DNA from: Candidatus Latescibacterota bacterium
GTDB taxonomy: Bacteria; Latescibacterota; UBA2968; UBA8231
Direction: 5' to 3'
DNA length: 64,000 nt
NCBI GenBank assembly: GCA_965208105.1
Contig: OZ242318.1
Location: 2,176,001-2,240,000 of the forward strand
How positions within the stretch are numbered: the first letter of the stretch is position 1; every line of letters begins with the position of its first letter. Positions 47,704-58,903 of this stretch are shown here, piece after piece. The notes under the pieces are model-generated. The model saw nothing but the letters and a program-made list of their open reading frames with translations. It did no database searches and was not told the origin of the DNA. The position numbers were made by a program, and so were the translations under genes.

Positions 47704-49536
47704 ATGACGGAAAAATCTCCCCCCGAGGAAGAAGTGGTGTACGGCAATGTCCGAGCCGAGGAGCTCGACGCCCCCGAGTACACCGAGGAGCAGATGAACG
47801 AATTCATGGCTCTCTACGAGGAGAGTATCTCCGGGATCGAGGAGGGCCAGATTGTAAAGGGCAACATCGCCTCCGTAGGGCCCAGCGAAATCCTGGTTGA
47901 CATCGGCTTCAAATCGGAGGGCATCGTCCCCATCAAGGAGTTCAGCGATCCCGAAAACATCGAAATCGGCCAGGAAATCGAAGTCTTTCTCGAGGACATA
48001 GAGGACCAGGAGGGCCAGGTCATCCTGTCCAAGCAGAAAGCCGATTTCATGCGCGTCTGGGACAATATCAAGGAAGCCCACGATACCGGGTCGACTGTCA
48101 CCGGCAAGCTGCAGCGGCGCATCAAGGGCGGAATCGTCGTCGATCTGTTCGGAGTAGACGCCTTTCTGCCCGGGTCCCAGATCGACATTCGCCAGGTCAA
48201 GAACTTCGACCAGTTCATCGGACAGGAGTTTCCCTTCAAGATCATCAAGCTCAACAAGGCGCGGCGCAATATCGTCGTCTCGCGCCGCGCCGTGCTCGAA
48301 GAAGAACGCGAGCGCATGCGCAAGGAGATCATCAAGGAGCTCGAGGAGGGCCAGGTGCGCGAGGGCGTGGTCAAGAACATCACCGACTTCGGCGCGTTCA
48401 TCGACCTGGGCGGCGTGGACGGCCTCCTCCACATTACCGACATGTCCTGGGGCCGGGTCGGCCATCCTACCGAACTGGTCGGCATCGGCGACCGCATCAG
48501 GGTGAGGGTGCTCAACTACGATCGCGAGCGCGAGCGCATCTCCCTGGGTCTCAAGCAGCTCACCGCCCATCCCTGGGAAAACGTCGAGCAGAAGTATCCG
48601 GTGGACACCCAGACCCGGGGCAAGGTGGTGAGCATCACCGACTACGGCGCCTTCGTGGAGCTGGAAGAAGGTATCGAAGGCCTGGTCCACATCTCCGAGA
48701 TGTCCTGGACCCAGCACATTCGCCACCCCTCCAAACTGGTAGCCATCGGCGATGCCGTCGAGGTCATGGTGCTCAAGATCGACAAGGAGCACCAGAAGAT
48801 CTCCCTGGGTATGAAGCAGACCGACCCCGACCCCTGGGAGAGTCTCAACGAGAGATATCCCGAGGGCACGCGCCTGGAAGGAACGGTCCGCAGCCTGACC
48901 AATTTCGGCGTCTTCGTGGAGATCGAGGAGAACATCGACGGGCTGGTGCACATCTCCGACATGTCGTGGACGAGGCGCGTGCGCCAGGCCAGCGAGATGT
49001 TCAAGAAAGGCGACCTTATTCCGGTGGTCGTCACCGAGATCGACAAGAAAAGGCGCCGCATCTCGCTGAGCCACAAGCTCGCCTTCGAGAACCCTTGGCC
49101 CCGCCTGTCAGAGCAGTACGCCGTGGGCACGGAGACCACGGGCACGGTTTCCCGGCTGCTCGAGCGCGGAGTCGTCGTTTGTCTCGAGGATGAGGTGGAC
49201 GGCTTCGTCCCCCTTTCCCAACTGGCGATCGAAGAGCTCAAGTCTCCGCGGCAGAGCTTCGAGGAGGGACAGGAGCTGCCGCTCAAGGTGATCGAGGTGG
49301 ACGAGGACCAGAAAAAGATCGTCCTCAGCGTCCGCGAGTACCTCAAGGACAAGGATCAGGCCGAGTTCAACGCCTACCTGGAGAGCCATCCCGTCAAGGC
49401 AGTGACCATCGGCGAGGTCGTTGCCGACCAGGACGAGGAAATGGAAAGTTGGGGCGACTCCGCGGAGAACCCCGGTGAGAAGGCGGAAAGGGAATCCGGC
49501 GCTGGCGACGGCGAGGAGGCAGGTGGGGAGAAATAG
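47704..49536 (+). CDS. rpsA: 30S ribosomal protein S1
   Basis: Six S1 repeats (e.g. FGAFIDLGGVDGLLHITDMSW). Confidence 0.98.
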   Translation: MTEKSPPEEEVVYGNVRAEELDAPEYTEEQMNEFMALYEESISGIEEGQIVKGNIASVGPSEILVDIGFKSEGIVPIKEFSDPENIEIGQEIEVFLEDIEDQEGQVILSKQKADFMRVWDNIKEAHDTGSTVTGKLQRRIKGGIVVDLFGVDAFLPGSQIDIRQVKNFDQFIGQEFPFKIIKLNKARRNIVVSRRAVLEEERERMRKEIIKELEEGQVREGVVKNITDFGAFIDLGGVDGLLHITDMSWGRVGHPTELVGIGDRIRVRVLNYDRERERISLGLKQLTAHPWENVEQKYPVDTQTRGKVVSITDYGAFVELEEGIEGLVHISEMSWTQHIRHPSKLVAIGDAVEVMVLKIDKEHQKISLGMKQTDPDPWESLNERYPEGTRLEGTVRSLTNFGVFVEIEENIDGLVHISDMSWTRRVRQASEMFKKGDLIPVVVTEIDKKRRRISLSHKLAFENPWPRLSEQYAVGTETTGTVSRLLERGVVVCLEDEVDGFVPLSQLAIEELKSPRQSFEEGQELPLKVIEVDEDQKKIVLSVREYLKDKDQAEFNAYLESHPVKAVTIGEVVADQDEEMESWGDSAENPGEKAERESGAGDGEEAGGEK

Positions 49537-49686
49537 CCTCATACCCCAAAATCCTCGGCAGCATTTCCCACACGGCCCGGGTCCTTCCCCTGTGCTACCC
49601 GGATCAGTCCTGTACGGACGGGATTGAAGTTGAGTCGATGACGATTTTTTCCTGAGGACGCAACATTCCGTCCATCCGCAAAGACC

Positions 49687-52302
49687 ATGCCCGCTGCCAA
49701 GCTCACTCCCGCGATGGAACAGTACAGGCGCTTCAAGCGCCAGCACGAGGACGCCATACTGTTCTTTCGCATGGGAGATTTCTACGAGATGTTCTACGAC
49801 GACGCCAGGGAGGCCTCCCGTCTGCTCGGCCTCACCCTGACCGCCCGCAACCACGGCAAGAGTGCGGGCGAGGTGCCTCTGGCGGGGGTGCCTTACCACG
49901 CCGTGGAAACCTATCTGGCCAAGCTGATCCAGATGGGCCGCAAGGTGGCCATATGCGAGCAGGTGGAAGATCCGAAGAAGGCCAGGGGCGTGGTCAAGCG
50001 CGACGTGGTCGAGGTGGTCTCACCGGGAACGGCTCTTTCCGACTCCATGCTCGATCGGCAGTGCAACAATTTCCTGGTCGGTCTCTACCCCCATCGGGGT
50101 GAGGTGGGTCTTGCCGTCATCGACCTGTCCACCGGCGACTTCACCCTCAACGAAATCAGCTCCTCCCGGCTGCCGGACGAACTCGAGGCAGTGGCCCCGG
50201 CGGAGCTGCTCATCAGCGACGGCGCCGACGAGCACTGGGTCAAGGAGCTCCGCGGGCTCCTGTCCAAGGTGGCGATCAGCCGCATTGAAGAATGGCAGTT
50301 CGAGTACCACTCTGCCTACGAGACCCTGATCGAGCAGTTCAAGGTGCAGTCGCTCAAAGGTTTCGACTGCGACGACCTGGAGTTGGCCATTCGCGCCGCC
50401 GCCGCCGTGGTGAACTATCTGCGCGAAAACCAGCGCGGCGGCATCGACCACATCAACCGGCTGGTGCGCAAGCGCAGTAACGAGTTCATGATGCTCGACG
50501 CCACCGCCCAGCGCAACCTCGAATTGCTGCACAATCAGCAGGACGGCTCCAGGACAGGTACACTGCTGGAGGTCCTGGACCGCACGCTGACCCCCATGGG
50601 CGCGCGCCTGCTGCGCCGGTGGATCCTCGCTCCCCTCAGGGACCCGGGGGCCGTCGGCCGGCGTCTGGACGCGGTGGCCGCGCTGCGGGGCGCCGGCGCA
50701 GCGCGCGACATCCTCGGCCGGATCGGCGACCTGGAGCGGATCATGGCGCGGGTCTGCTGCCATCGGGCCAATGCCCGCGACCTCGCCGGCCTCGCCCGCT
50801 TCCTCGACACCGCGCCCTCCCTGCGCCGGGAGCTGCAGACTGCGCGCAGCGCCCTGCTCGAGGAGTTGCGCGCCGAAGGGCTGCCCGAAGTCGGCGAGCT
50901 CGTGGAGCTGATCCGCCGGGCCCTGGTCCCCGACCCTCCCGCCACCCTGACCGATGGCGGGCTGATCCAGGACGGATACAACGAGGAGCTGGACGAGTTG
51001 CGCCGCACCAGCAAGGGCGGCAAGGACTGGATCGCCCGGCGCCAGGCCCACGAGCGCAATCGCACCGGCATCGCCTCGCTCAAGATCGGCTACAACCAGG
51101 TCTTCGGCTACTATATCGAGGTCAGCAAGGCGAATCTCGACCGCGTGCCCGACGACTTCATCCGCAAGCAGACTCTGGCCAATGCCGAACGCTACATCAC
51201 CCCGGAGCTGAAGGAATACGAGGCCAGGGTTCTGGGCGCCGAAGAGCGCATCAAGGAGCTCGAGGGCCGGCTCTTTCTCGAACTGCGTTCCCGCACCGCG
51301 GGGTGGACCGCACAGGTGCAGCGGATCGCCCGCACCGTAGCGCAGGTGGACGTTCTGGCGGCCCTGGCCGAGGTGGCGCAGGGCGAGAACTACGTGCGCC
51401 CCGAGGTCGACGACAGCACCGTGGTCGACATCGAGGCCGGTCGCCATCCGGTTGTCGAGCGCATGCTCCAGGAGGGACGCTTCGTACCCAACGATATGCA
51501 CCTGGATTCCGCCGAGGACCAGATCCTCCTGATCACGGGCCCGAATATGGCGGGCAAGAGCACCATCATCCGCCAGGTGGGCCTGATCGTTCTCCTGGCC
51601 CAGATGGGCAGCTTTGTTCCCGCTGGCCGTGCCCGCATAGGCGCCGTGGACCGGATCTTCACCCGCGTGGGCGCTTCCGACGACCTGGCTCGGGGCGAGA
51701 GCACCTTCATGGTGGAGATGAACGAGGCATCCAGCATACTCAACAACGTCACCTCTCGCAGCCTCATCCTCATGGACGAACTGGGGCGCGGTACCAGCAC
51801 TTTCGATGGTCTCAGTATTGCCTGGGCCATCGTCGAATTCCTCCACGAGCGCGACGGCGCCCGGCCGCGCACCCTTTTCGCGACCCACTACCATGAGCTC
51901 ACCGAACTCGAGGGGGTCCTGGCGCGCACGAAGAACTACAACGTGGCGGTGCGCGAAGAGGGCGACCACGTGGTTTTCCTGCATCGCCTGATCCCGGGTC
52001 CCTGCGACCGCAGTTACGGCATCAACGTCGCCCAGATGGCCGGCATGCCCGCAGCGGTCGTGGCGCGCGCGGGCGAGATTCTCCGGCGCCTGGAAGGGGG
52101 ACAAATCGACACCGGGCATCTCCTCGGCTCCGACCGCCAGGTTGAGGTCGAGGAGCAGATGCACCTATTCAGCCCTCCACAAGAACCACCCCGCGCACCT
52201 TTCGAAGAAGAACTGGCCCAGCTCGACCTGAGCCGGACCACGCCCCTGGAGGCGCTGGTCAAGCTGACCGAATGGAAAGACAGACTGGGCGGCGAGCGCT
52301 AG
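49687..52302 (+). CDS. mutS: DNA mismatch repair protein MutS
   Basis: [43 protein letters not shown]. Confidence 0.98.
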   Translation: MPAAKLTPAMEQYRRFKRQHEDAILFFRMGDFYEMFYDDAREASRLLGLTLTARNHGKSAGEVPLAGVPYHAVETYLAKLIQMGRKVAICEQVEDPKKARGVVKRDVVEVVSPGTALSDSMLDRQCNNFLVGLYPHRGEVGLAVIDLSTGDFTLNEISSSRLPDELEAVAPAELLISDGADEHWVKELRGLLSKVAISRIEEWQFEYHSAYETLIEQFKVQSLKGFDCDDLELAIRAAAAVVNYLRENQRGGIDHINRLVRKRSNEFMMLDATAQRNLELLHNQQDGSRTGTLLEVLDRTLTPMGARLLRRWILAPLRDPGAVGRRLDAVAALRGAGAARDILGRIGDLERIMARVCCHRANARDLAGLARFLDTAPSLRRELQTARSALLEELRAEGLPEVGELVELIRRALVPDPPATLTDGGLIQDGYNEELDELRRTSKGGKDWIARRQAHERNRTGIASLKIGYNQVFGYYIEVSKANLDRVPDDFIRKQTLANAERYITPELKEYEARVLGAEERIKELEGRLFLELRSRTAGWTAQVQRIARTVAQVDVLAALAEVAQGENYVRPEVDDSTVVDIEAGRHPVVERMLQEGRFVPNDMHLDSAEDQILLITGPNMAGKSTIIRQVGLIVLLAQMGSFVPAGRARIGAVDRIFTRVGASDDLARGESTFMVEMNEASSILNNVTSRSLILMDELGRGTSTFDGLSIAWAIVEFLHERDGARPRTLFATHYHELTELEGVLARTKNYNVAVREEGDHVVFLHRLIPGPCDRSYGINVAQMAGMPAAVVARAGEILRRLEGGQIDTGHLLGSDRQVEVEEQMHLFSPPQEPPRAPFEEELAQLDLSRTTPLEALVKLTEWKDRLGGER

Positions 52303-52466
52303 TGTCCCGCCGCAGAGACAGGTTGACGAAATTGGGCCGCCGAGGCGCCCGGCTCACAAGGCGCCTGAGCGAGTCGTACCAGTGGTGTGCGGCGAGTGAA
52401 GGCAACGCCGTGAGCCGGGATGGATCGGCGGAAAAATGGCGACATATTTCTGCGGCGGGACACTAG
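52299..52466. mobile_element. MITE-like element with terminal inverted repeats at the mutS stop codon
   Basis: CTAGTGTCCCGCCGCAGA...TCTGCGGCGGGACACTAG; second copy at 57384. Confidence 0.8.
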
Positions 52467-52481
52467 TTCGGGACCGCCTCG

Positions 52482-53240
52482 ATGAGCAAGGAAAGTAACA
52501 GCGCCGAGGTAATCTTCGGACGTCACCCGGTCCTGCAGGCCCTCCAGGCAGGGCGCCCGGTGGAGCGTCTCGTCATCGCCAAAGGCGCGCACGGAGCGGC
52601 CATCGAAGAGGTCTTTTCCCAGGCCCGCCTCCGCCGCATTCCCTATGACCTGAGGGAGCGGTCGATCCTGGACCGCAGCGTCGGCACCCGCCACCAGGGA
52701 GTGGTCGCCTACCTGGCCGCCCGGGCATACACTGATTTTGCCGATCTCCTTCCCGCCCTCGACCGGCGCAGTGCCTTCCTTGTCTTTCTCGACCTCATTC
52801 AGGACCCCCACAACCTCGGAGCCATCATCCGCAGCGCCCACGCGGTCCGGGCCGACGGGGTCGTCCTTCAGGAGCGCCGCGCCGCGGGCATGGGCCCCGG
52901 GGCGGTCAAGGCAGCGGCCGGCGCCGCGGAACACATACCCCTCTGCCGCGTCTCCAACCTGAGGCAGGCCCTGCACCAGGCCAGGAAGCACGGCCTGTGG
53001 ATCGTCGGCCTGGAACCCGATGCCGAACAGAGCTTCACCGAGTTCGACTTCACCCAGCCCTGCGCCCTGGTCATCGGCGGCGAAGCCCGGGGACTGCGGC
53101 GACTGGTTGGGGAAACCTGCGACGCCCGCGTGTGCATTCCCATGGGCCGGCGCGAAGTGGGCTCCTTCAACGCCTCGGTGGCGGCCGGACTCGTCCTCTA
53201 CGAGGTATTCCGCCAGCGCAGCGCCGGCGGCGGGTCCTGA
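52482..53240 (+). CDS. rlmB: 23S rRNA (Gm2251) methyltransferase
   Basis: FGRHPV, HQGVVA, QDPHNLGAIIRSA, SFNASVAAG. Confidence 0.95.
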   Translation: MSKESNSAEVIFGRHPVLQALQAGRPVERLVIAKGAHGAAIEEVFSQARLRRIPYDLRERSILDRSVGTRHQGVVAYLAARAYTDFADLLPALDRRSAFLVFLDLIQDPHNLGAIIRSAHAVRADGVVLQERRAAGMGPGAVKAAAGAAEHIPLCRVSNLRQALHQARKHGLWIVGLEPDAEQSFTEFDFTQPCALVIGGEARGLRRLVGETCDARVCIPMGRREVGSFNASVAAGLVLYEVFRQRSAGGGS

Positions 53241-53241
53241 T

Positions 53242-55707
53242 ATGCTCCCTGTTGCCTTCACCATCGTCGTCCTCGCGCTCCTCGCCTTCGCCCCCGCGGG
53301 CCGGCTCCACGCCGAGACCTCTGCGGCGGACAGCTCCGCAGCCGGCCTGACCGCCGCCCGCGACCTGCTGGGTTCGATGCATGCCCGCGACGGCAAAACA
53401 GGCTTCCAATATACCGCGGATTCCTTTCTGGGCGATGTCCGCGGCGACTCCATTCTCCTGCGGGGAAACGCGGTGGTGACCCACCAGGGGGTGGTGCTCG
53501 AAGCCGGTCACATGGTCTACGCCCGCAAGGCTGGCATGGTCACCGCGCGCGGGCTCGTGGACAGCAATGGAGCAGCGGTGGGAGAACCGTTGCTCAAGCG
53601 CGGCTCCGAGACCCTGCGGGGGACCCACATCTGCTACGACACGAGGAGCGAAGAGGCCTTCATACGGGAGGGCATCATCCGCCGCGACAAGGGGATTTAC
53701 AGGGGCGAGGGTATACGCACCCTTTCCGCCGGGGAATTCCACATAACCCGGGGGTCCTACACCACCTGCGACTATTCCAGTCCGCACTTCGACTTCTACA
53801 GTCCGCGCATCAAGGTCCTGGTGGACGATATGGCCATTGCCCGGCCGGTCTACGTCCGCATCAAGGGCAGGCGGGTGATGTGGATTCCCTTCTACATCTT
53901 CTCGCTGCGCCAGGACCGCCAGTCCGGAATCCTGACTCCCAGCTTCGGGCGACGGCCCGTCAGCTTCGGCAGCCCCCAACGCGAGTGGGAGCTGCGCAAT
54001 CTGGGTTACTACATCGCCCCGAACGATTACTGGGACCTCCTCCTTGCCGCCGACTGGCGCCAGCGCTCGGGCTGGCTGGCCCGGGTCAAATCGGCATATG
54101 CCCGGCGCTATCTCCTGAACGGCCAGGTCGAGACGCGGCTGCAAAGGCATCAGAGTGGAGGGACCGGCCGTCTGAACTGGTGGGCGAGCGTAAACCACAA
54201 CCAGGAGTTGGGGGAAAGCATGGGGCTGCGCGCTTCGGGAACTTTTCAGAGCAACAAGAACTTCCACCGCGACAACAGCGCCAGCCTGCGCGACCGCCTC
54301 AACCGCACCCTGCGCTCCAACTTCAGCTTCAACAAGCGCTGGCGCCGATCGGGCAACAGCCTGAGCATAAACGCGAGGCACACCAGGAACCTGGATTCCG
54401 AGCGCTCCGACCGGGTCCTTCCCGAGGTGAGCTTTCGCAAGTCGCGCAAGCCGCTGTGGGGCAGCGCAGGCGCCAGGGGCGGCAATTCCGCCGATCAGCC
54501 CTGGTACAGCCGGATCTACTACGACGGCTCCACGCGCCTGCGCAACATCCGCCGAAGCACCGCAACGGACACCACCACCCGGACCAGCGCCAACGCCAAT
54601 CTGAATCTCGGCTCGCAGCACGCACCCCTCACCTGGCTGCACTTCACCCCGCGCCTGGCCACGACCTGGAGGAACGACGACCTGCGCTCTTCGAGCGGGT
54701 CAGTCACGGGCGTGCGCAGCGACCGCCTCGACGCCAGCCTCAGAGTCACCCAGACCTTCTACGGCATGTTCCACCCTCAAATCGGCGCCGTAACCGCCTT
54801 TCGCCACGTGTTCAGGCCCAGCCTGTCCATGCGCTACCAGGCCACCCATACCGATGCCGGTGGCGTTCCGGTCACGGGGGGCGGCGGCAGGTGGAGACAG
54901 AACCGTCCGATCAACATCAATCTGGACAACACCTTCTGGGTCAAGCTACAGGAGGGGGAGGAGGAATCCAAGCTGCGCCTGGCCCAACTGAACTTCTCGA
55001 CCTCCTACGACGTCGACCGCAAAGACCGCCCTCTCTCCGACCTGCAGTCCACACTCGGCATAGCGGCCAGGCGCTACCTGGACTCCCGGCTGACCCTGCG
55101 CGCGGGATTCTACGGCGACGACGGCAAACTGCGACTGCTGGCGCCGCGCCTCAGTCGATTCGAGGTCAGAACCAGTGTGCGCCTTTTCGAACGCCGCTCT
55201 CCGGAGCCGGCATCGGGTACTTACGGACGCGGCTCCTCGAGCCTGGCATCCGGTGCTTACGGACGCGGCTCCTCGAGCCTGGCCTCCGCGCCATACCAGC
55301 GCGGTATGGCGGCGCAGACCTTCGGCTACGAGAGTGGCCTGCAGCGCGACATCCGGCCCCTGGACCGGGGCCGGCGGCTGCAGGTAAGCCACTACTACTC
55401 GCGCTCGCGCAGCGCCTGGAGTTCGTTCACCCGGTCCTGGTTGCGCGCCGCGGTGGGATGGAGTCTGCGCCGCCACTGGAACCTCAACTACTCCCTCAAC
55501 TACAATCTCAGCCTCGAGGGAGAAGCGCTTTTATCCTCGGGGCGCATTACCTCCGAGCTGCTTTCGGTGCAGCGCCAGTTCCACGACTGGACCGCTACAC
55601 TCAACATTGAGCCGAGCCACTTCCATCGCGGCCGCACCTTCTACTTCAAGGCCCAACTCACGGACATCCCCCAGATAAAGTTCGAGCGCGGCGACCGCCG
55701 CCTGTAA
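53242..55707 (+). CDS. lptD: LPS-assembly protein LptD
   Basis: Signal peptide; SYTTCD...PHF, RQSGILTPSFG, C-terminal beta-barrel. Confidence 0.85.
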   Translation: MLPVAFTIVVLALLAFAPAGRLHAETSAADSSAAGLTAARDLLGSMHARDGKTGFQYTADSFLGDVRGDSILLRGNAVVTHQGVVLEAGHMVYARKAGMVTARGLVDSNGAAVGEPLLKRGSETLRGTHICYDTRSEEAFIREGIIRRDKGIYRGEGIRTLSAGEFHITRGSYTTCDYSSPHFDFYSPRIKVLVDDMAIARPVYVRIKGRRVMWIPFYIFSLRQDRQSGILTPSFGRRPVSFGSPQREWELRNLGYYIAPNDYWDLLLAADWRQRSGWLARVKSAYARRYLLNGQVETRLQRHQSGGTGRLNWWASVNHNQELGESMGLRASGTFQSNKNFHRDNSASLRDRLNRTLRSNFSFNKRWRRSGNSLSINARHTRNLDSERSDRVLPEVSFRKSRKPLWGSAGARGGNSADQPWYSRIYYDGSTRLRNIRRSTATDTTTRTSANANLNLGSQHAPLTWLHFTPRLATTWRNDDLRSSSGSVTGVRSDRLDASLRVTQTFYGMFHPQIGAVTAFRHVFRPSLSMRYQATHTDAGGVPVTGGGGRWRQNRPININLDNTFWVKLQEGEEESKLRLAQLNFSTSYDVDRKDRPLSDLQSTLGIAARRYLDSRLTLRAGFYGDDGKLRLLAPRLSRFEVRTSVRLFERRSPEPASGTYGRGSSSLASGAYGRGSSSLASAPYQRGMAAQTFGYESGLQRDIRPLDRGRRLQVSHYYSRSRSAWSSFTRSWLRAAVGWSLRRHWNLNYSLNYNLSLEGEALLSSGRITSELLSVQRQFHDWTATLNIEPSHFHRGRTFYFKAQLTDIPQIKFERGDRRL
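55209..55286 (+). repeat. In-frame 36-bp tandem duplication in lptD
   Basis: ASGTYGRGSSSL-ASGAYGRGSSSL. Confidence 0.85.
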
Positions 55708-55955
55708 ACCGGGCTGCAGGCGGTGTCCAGGTCCCTGCCGACGGGTTGACAGCGCAGGGTTCACCATATTGCTTTCTAACACGACGTCGCCAGCAGATCT
55801 TCAGCCTCGTCCGCAAAGAGGTATCCGCGGCGTCCCTTCTCCAGGCAATGGGCGCAACCCTGGGGCATTTCCGCTGACTCCCGGCAAAAACAGGGACCGG
55901 ATTTGATGCCGGGGTTCGAAACTCCTTATCTTGCCATAACCGGGGAGCTGCCGCC

Positions 55956-56738
55956 GTGACGAAATATCTTTCACCCGCACAGATGGAACGCTGGTCCGAG
56001 GATGGCTTCCTCAAGGTGAAAGGCTTTTTGTCGGAGGCCGAAACGGCCAGCCTGCGCAGTTGGGTGGCCGACATTGAAGAGGCGGATGCACAATCCACCG
56101 GGATCATGCACCACTTCGAAAGGACCGCGGAGGGGATCAGACCTTCCCGGACCGAGAATTTCCTGCCCAGTCACCGCGGACTCAATGACCTCCTGACCCG
56201 GGGGAAAATCCTGTCCCTGGTATCGGAGTTGATGGGTGAGACCGCGGTCGTCTACAAGGAAAAGATCAACTACAAGTATCCGGGCGGCGGTGGCTATATC
56301 GCCCATCAGGACGCGCCCGCCTACGAATTCATCAGCTTCCACGTGACCTGTCTCATTGCCGTCGACGCGGCCACCGTGGAGAGTGGTTGCCTCTCCTTCT
56401 CGCCGGGCCTTCACCGCCAGGGACTGATCGCGCTGGACGAACGCGGCTGTATCGAACCGCAGGCCGCGGCGCGGATGGAGTGGGTTCCGGTGGAAAAGGT
56501 GCCCGGCGACGTTCTGTGCTTCAGTTCCTACGTCCCTCACAAGAGCGGAGGCAACCACTCGGACCAACCGCGGAGAATCATCTACGTGACCTACAATGCG
56601 CTTTCCTCCGGCGATTTTCGCGAGCAGTACTACGCCGACAAGCGCAGGACCTTCGCCGATCATGCCAGGGAAGGTCCTGAAAAAGGAGAATTGATCAGTA
56701 AAATCGGCCACTTCCAGGGAAGGACGGTGTTGAAATGA
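55956..56738 (+). CDS. phnY: Fe(II)/2-oxoglutarate dioxygenase, PhyH family (PhnY-like)
   Basis: YKEKINYKYPGGGGYIAHQD, HKSGGN..R; coupled to an HD protein. Confidence 0.75.
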   Translation: MTKYLSPAQMERWSEDGFLKVKGFLSEAETASLRSWVADIEEADAQSTGIMHHFERTAEGIRPSRTENFLPSHRGLNDLLTRGKILSLVSELMGETAVVYKEKINYKYPGGGGYIAHQDAPAYEFISFHVTCLIAVDAATVESGCLSFSPGLHRQGLIALDERGCIEPQAAARMEWVPVEKVPGDVLCFSSYVPHKSGGNHSDQPRRIIYVTYNALSSGDFREQYYADKRRTFADHAREGPEKGELISKIGHFQGRTVLK

Positions 56739-57334
56739 AGAAAAGTGTAGACGCGAGCCTCGCTGCCAGATTGGCTGAAGGGAGCCCCTCCCAGAAGGTG
56801 GACGCCTTGTTCGCCTACATGGAAGAGAAGGGACAGTCGAACTACGACGAAGTCGTAACACAGATGGAGCACGCCCTGCAGTGCGCCAACCAGGCCAGGC
56901 TGGCCGGCTCCGACCAGATCCAGGTGGCCTCCGCCCTGCTCCACGACCTGGGCCACTTTCTGATCGACGAGCACAACAAGGAGGTGGATTTCCTCGCCGA
57001 CGACTTCTTCCACGAAGAGGTGGGAGCCGAATACCTGGAGCCGTTCTTCATCGAGGCCGTAACCGAGCCGATGAAGCTGCACGTTCCCGCCAAGCGCTAT
57101 ATCTGCAGCACCGAGGCCGCCTATTACGACAGCCTGTCCCTGGCATCCAAGCGCAGTTTCAAGCTGCAGGGAGGTTTCATGTCCGACGAGGAAAAGAGGG
57201 GATTCGAGCAAAATCCCTATTACCGGCAGGCGGTGCAACTGAGGAAGTGGGACGATTTGGCCAAGGTTCGGGGTCTCGAGACCGCGGGGCTGGAAAGTTA
57301 TCGCCAGGATGTCGAGAGTTGCTTGAAACCATGA
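56735..57334 (+). CDS. phnZ: HD-domain diiron oxygenase (PhnZ/TmpB-like)
   Basis: VTQMEHALQCA, ALLHDLGH, HEEVGA, LHVPAKRY, LRKWDDLAK. Confidence 0.8.
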   Translation: MKKSVDASLAARLAEGSPSQKVDALFAYMEEKGQSNYDEVVTQMEHALQCANQARLAGSDQIQVASALLHDLGHFLIDEHNKEVDFLADDFFHEEVGAEYLEPFFIEAVTEPMKLHVPAKRYICSTEAAYYDSLSLASKRSFKLQGGFMSDEEKRGFEQNPYYRQAVQLRKWDDLAKVRGLETAGLESYRQDVESCLKP

Positions 57335-57383
57335 GACGCCGGAACTGCCCATTTCCCGTAGGGGCGCTCACCCGAGGATCCAC

Positions 57384-57520
57384 CTGGTGTCCCGTCGCAG
57401 AGACAGGTTGACGAAATTGGGCCGCCGAGGCGCCCGGCTCACCAGGCGCCTGAGCGGGTCGTACCAGTGGTGTACGGCGAGTGAAGGCAAGGCCGTGAGC
57501 CGGGATGGATCGGCGGAAAA
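57384..57520. mobile_element. Truncated second copy of the MITE-like element
   Basis: Near-identical to 52299-52436; right IR missing. Confidence 0.8.
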
Positions 57521-57574
57521 TCTGTCAGAATTTTCATCCCACCGGATGCCTCGATCCGGTAGTCCTTCCCCTTC

Positions 57575-58891
57575 TCAGCCGTAGACCAATCTGGGCAGCC
57601 AGAGGGCGATCTCCGGCAGGGTCAGGACCAGCATCAGCCCTGTCAATTGGAGAATGATGAAGGGCCACAGGCCGGCAAAGATGTCCTGGAGGCTGATCTC
57701 GGGGGGCGCCACCCCTTTGAGGTAGAACGCCGCCGGTCCGAACGGAGGCGACAGGTAGGAAACCTGCATGTTCATGCAGAAGAGCACGCCGAACCACACC
57801 GGATCGTAGCCCAGCGCCACGATCACCGGCACGAAGATGGGTACCGTCAGCAACAGAATCCCCACCCAATCCATGAACAGGCCCATCACGATCAGAATAC
57901 CCATCATGACGAGGATGAGGACGATGGGAGCGACCTCCAGACCGGTGACCACCGACCTCACGAACATGGTCCCCCCCAGCAGATTGTAGACCCCGATCAG
58001 GGCCGTGGCACCGAAGGTGAGCCAGAGCAGCATGCCGCAGGTGTTCATCGTCTGCAGCACCGACTCCCTCACCACCTTCCAGCTCAGCTCCCGGCGCAGC
58101 AGCGCCGCGGCCAGGGTGCCAACCACCCCCATGCCCGCCGCCTCGCTGACCGAGGCGATGCCGGAGTAGATGCTGCCCAGCACCGACGCGGCCACCATGA
58201 GGGGGAGGACGAGATTCTTGAACAGGGCCAGTTTCTGGCCGAAGGACATGCAACGCTCTTCGGGAGGAGCCGGCGGTCCGAGGGCGGGATCGAGGGCGCA
58301 GCGCACCAGGATGTATCCCAGGTAGAGACCCGAGAGCAAGAATCCGGGCAGGATCGTGGCCAGGAAGAGGTCCCCTATGGCGACGTTGGCGGTGAGTCCG
58401 TAGATGATCAGCACGATGCTGGGAGGAATCATGGTCCCCAGTGACCCCCCTGCGCAGATGGTGCCTATGGCGATGTTCTTCTGATAGCCCAGGCGCAGCA
58501 TCTGGGGCAGGGCGATCATCCCCAGGAGCACGATCTCCCCTCCGATGATGCCTGTCATCGCCGCCATGATAATGGCCGCAAACAGGGTCTGCACCGCCAG
58601 CCCTCCCCTGAGTCCGCCCGCCCACACGTACATGGCCCGGTAGAGTTCCCTGGCCACCCCGGTGCGCTCCATGAGCGACGCCATCAGGATGAACATGGGC
58701 ACGGCCACCAGCACGTACTCGTTCATGAAGCTGTAGATGCGGCTCGCTATGAGCCCCAGCACATTCGGGCCGAACTCGATCAATCCCACCGTCACCGCCA
58801 CCGCGCCGGTGACGAAGGCCAGGGGCAGGCCCATCACCAGGAGCACGGCCATGGCGCAGACGATGACGAGAGTGAGCAGGCCGATATCCAC
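57575..58891 (-). CDS. dctM: TRAP transporter large permease
   Basis: LVAVPMFILM, GGSLGTMIPPSI, SYLSPPFG. Confidence 0.93.
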   Translation of the reverse strand: MDIGLLTLVIVCAMAVLLVMGLPLAFVTGAVAVTVGLIEFGPNVLGLIASRIYSFMNEYVLVAVPMFILMASLMERTGVARELYRAMYVWAGGLRGGLAVQTLFAAIIMAAMTGIIGGEIVLLGMIALPQMLRLGYQKNIAIGTICAGGSLGTMIPPSIVLIIYGLTANVAIGDLFLATILPGFLLSGLYLGYILVRCALDPALGPPAPPEERCMSFGQKLALFKNLVLPLMVAASVLGSIYSGIASVSEAAGMGVVGTLAAALLRRELSWKVVRESVLQTMNTCGMLLWLTFGATALIGVYNLLGGTMFVRSVVTGLEVAPIVLILVMMGILIVMGLFMDWVGILLLTVPIFVPVIVALGYDPVWFGVLFCMNMQVSYLSPPFGPAAFYLKGVAPPEISLQDIFAGLWPFIILQLTGLMLVLTLPEIALWLPRLVYG

Positions 58892-58903
58892 GCCCGGATC
58901 CCC

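Noticed and set aside
47503-54642. Long antisense ORFs opposite rpsA, mutS and lptD
   Set aside because: Shadow ORFs expected from GC-rich codon usage; no recognisable motifs.
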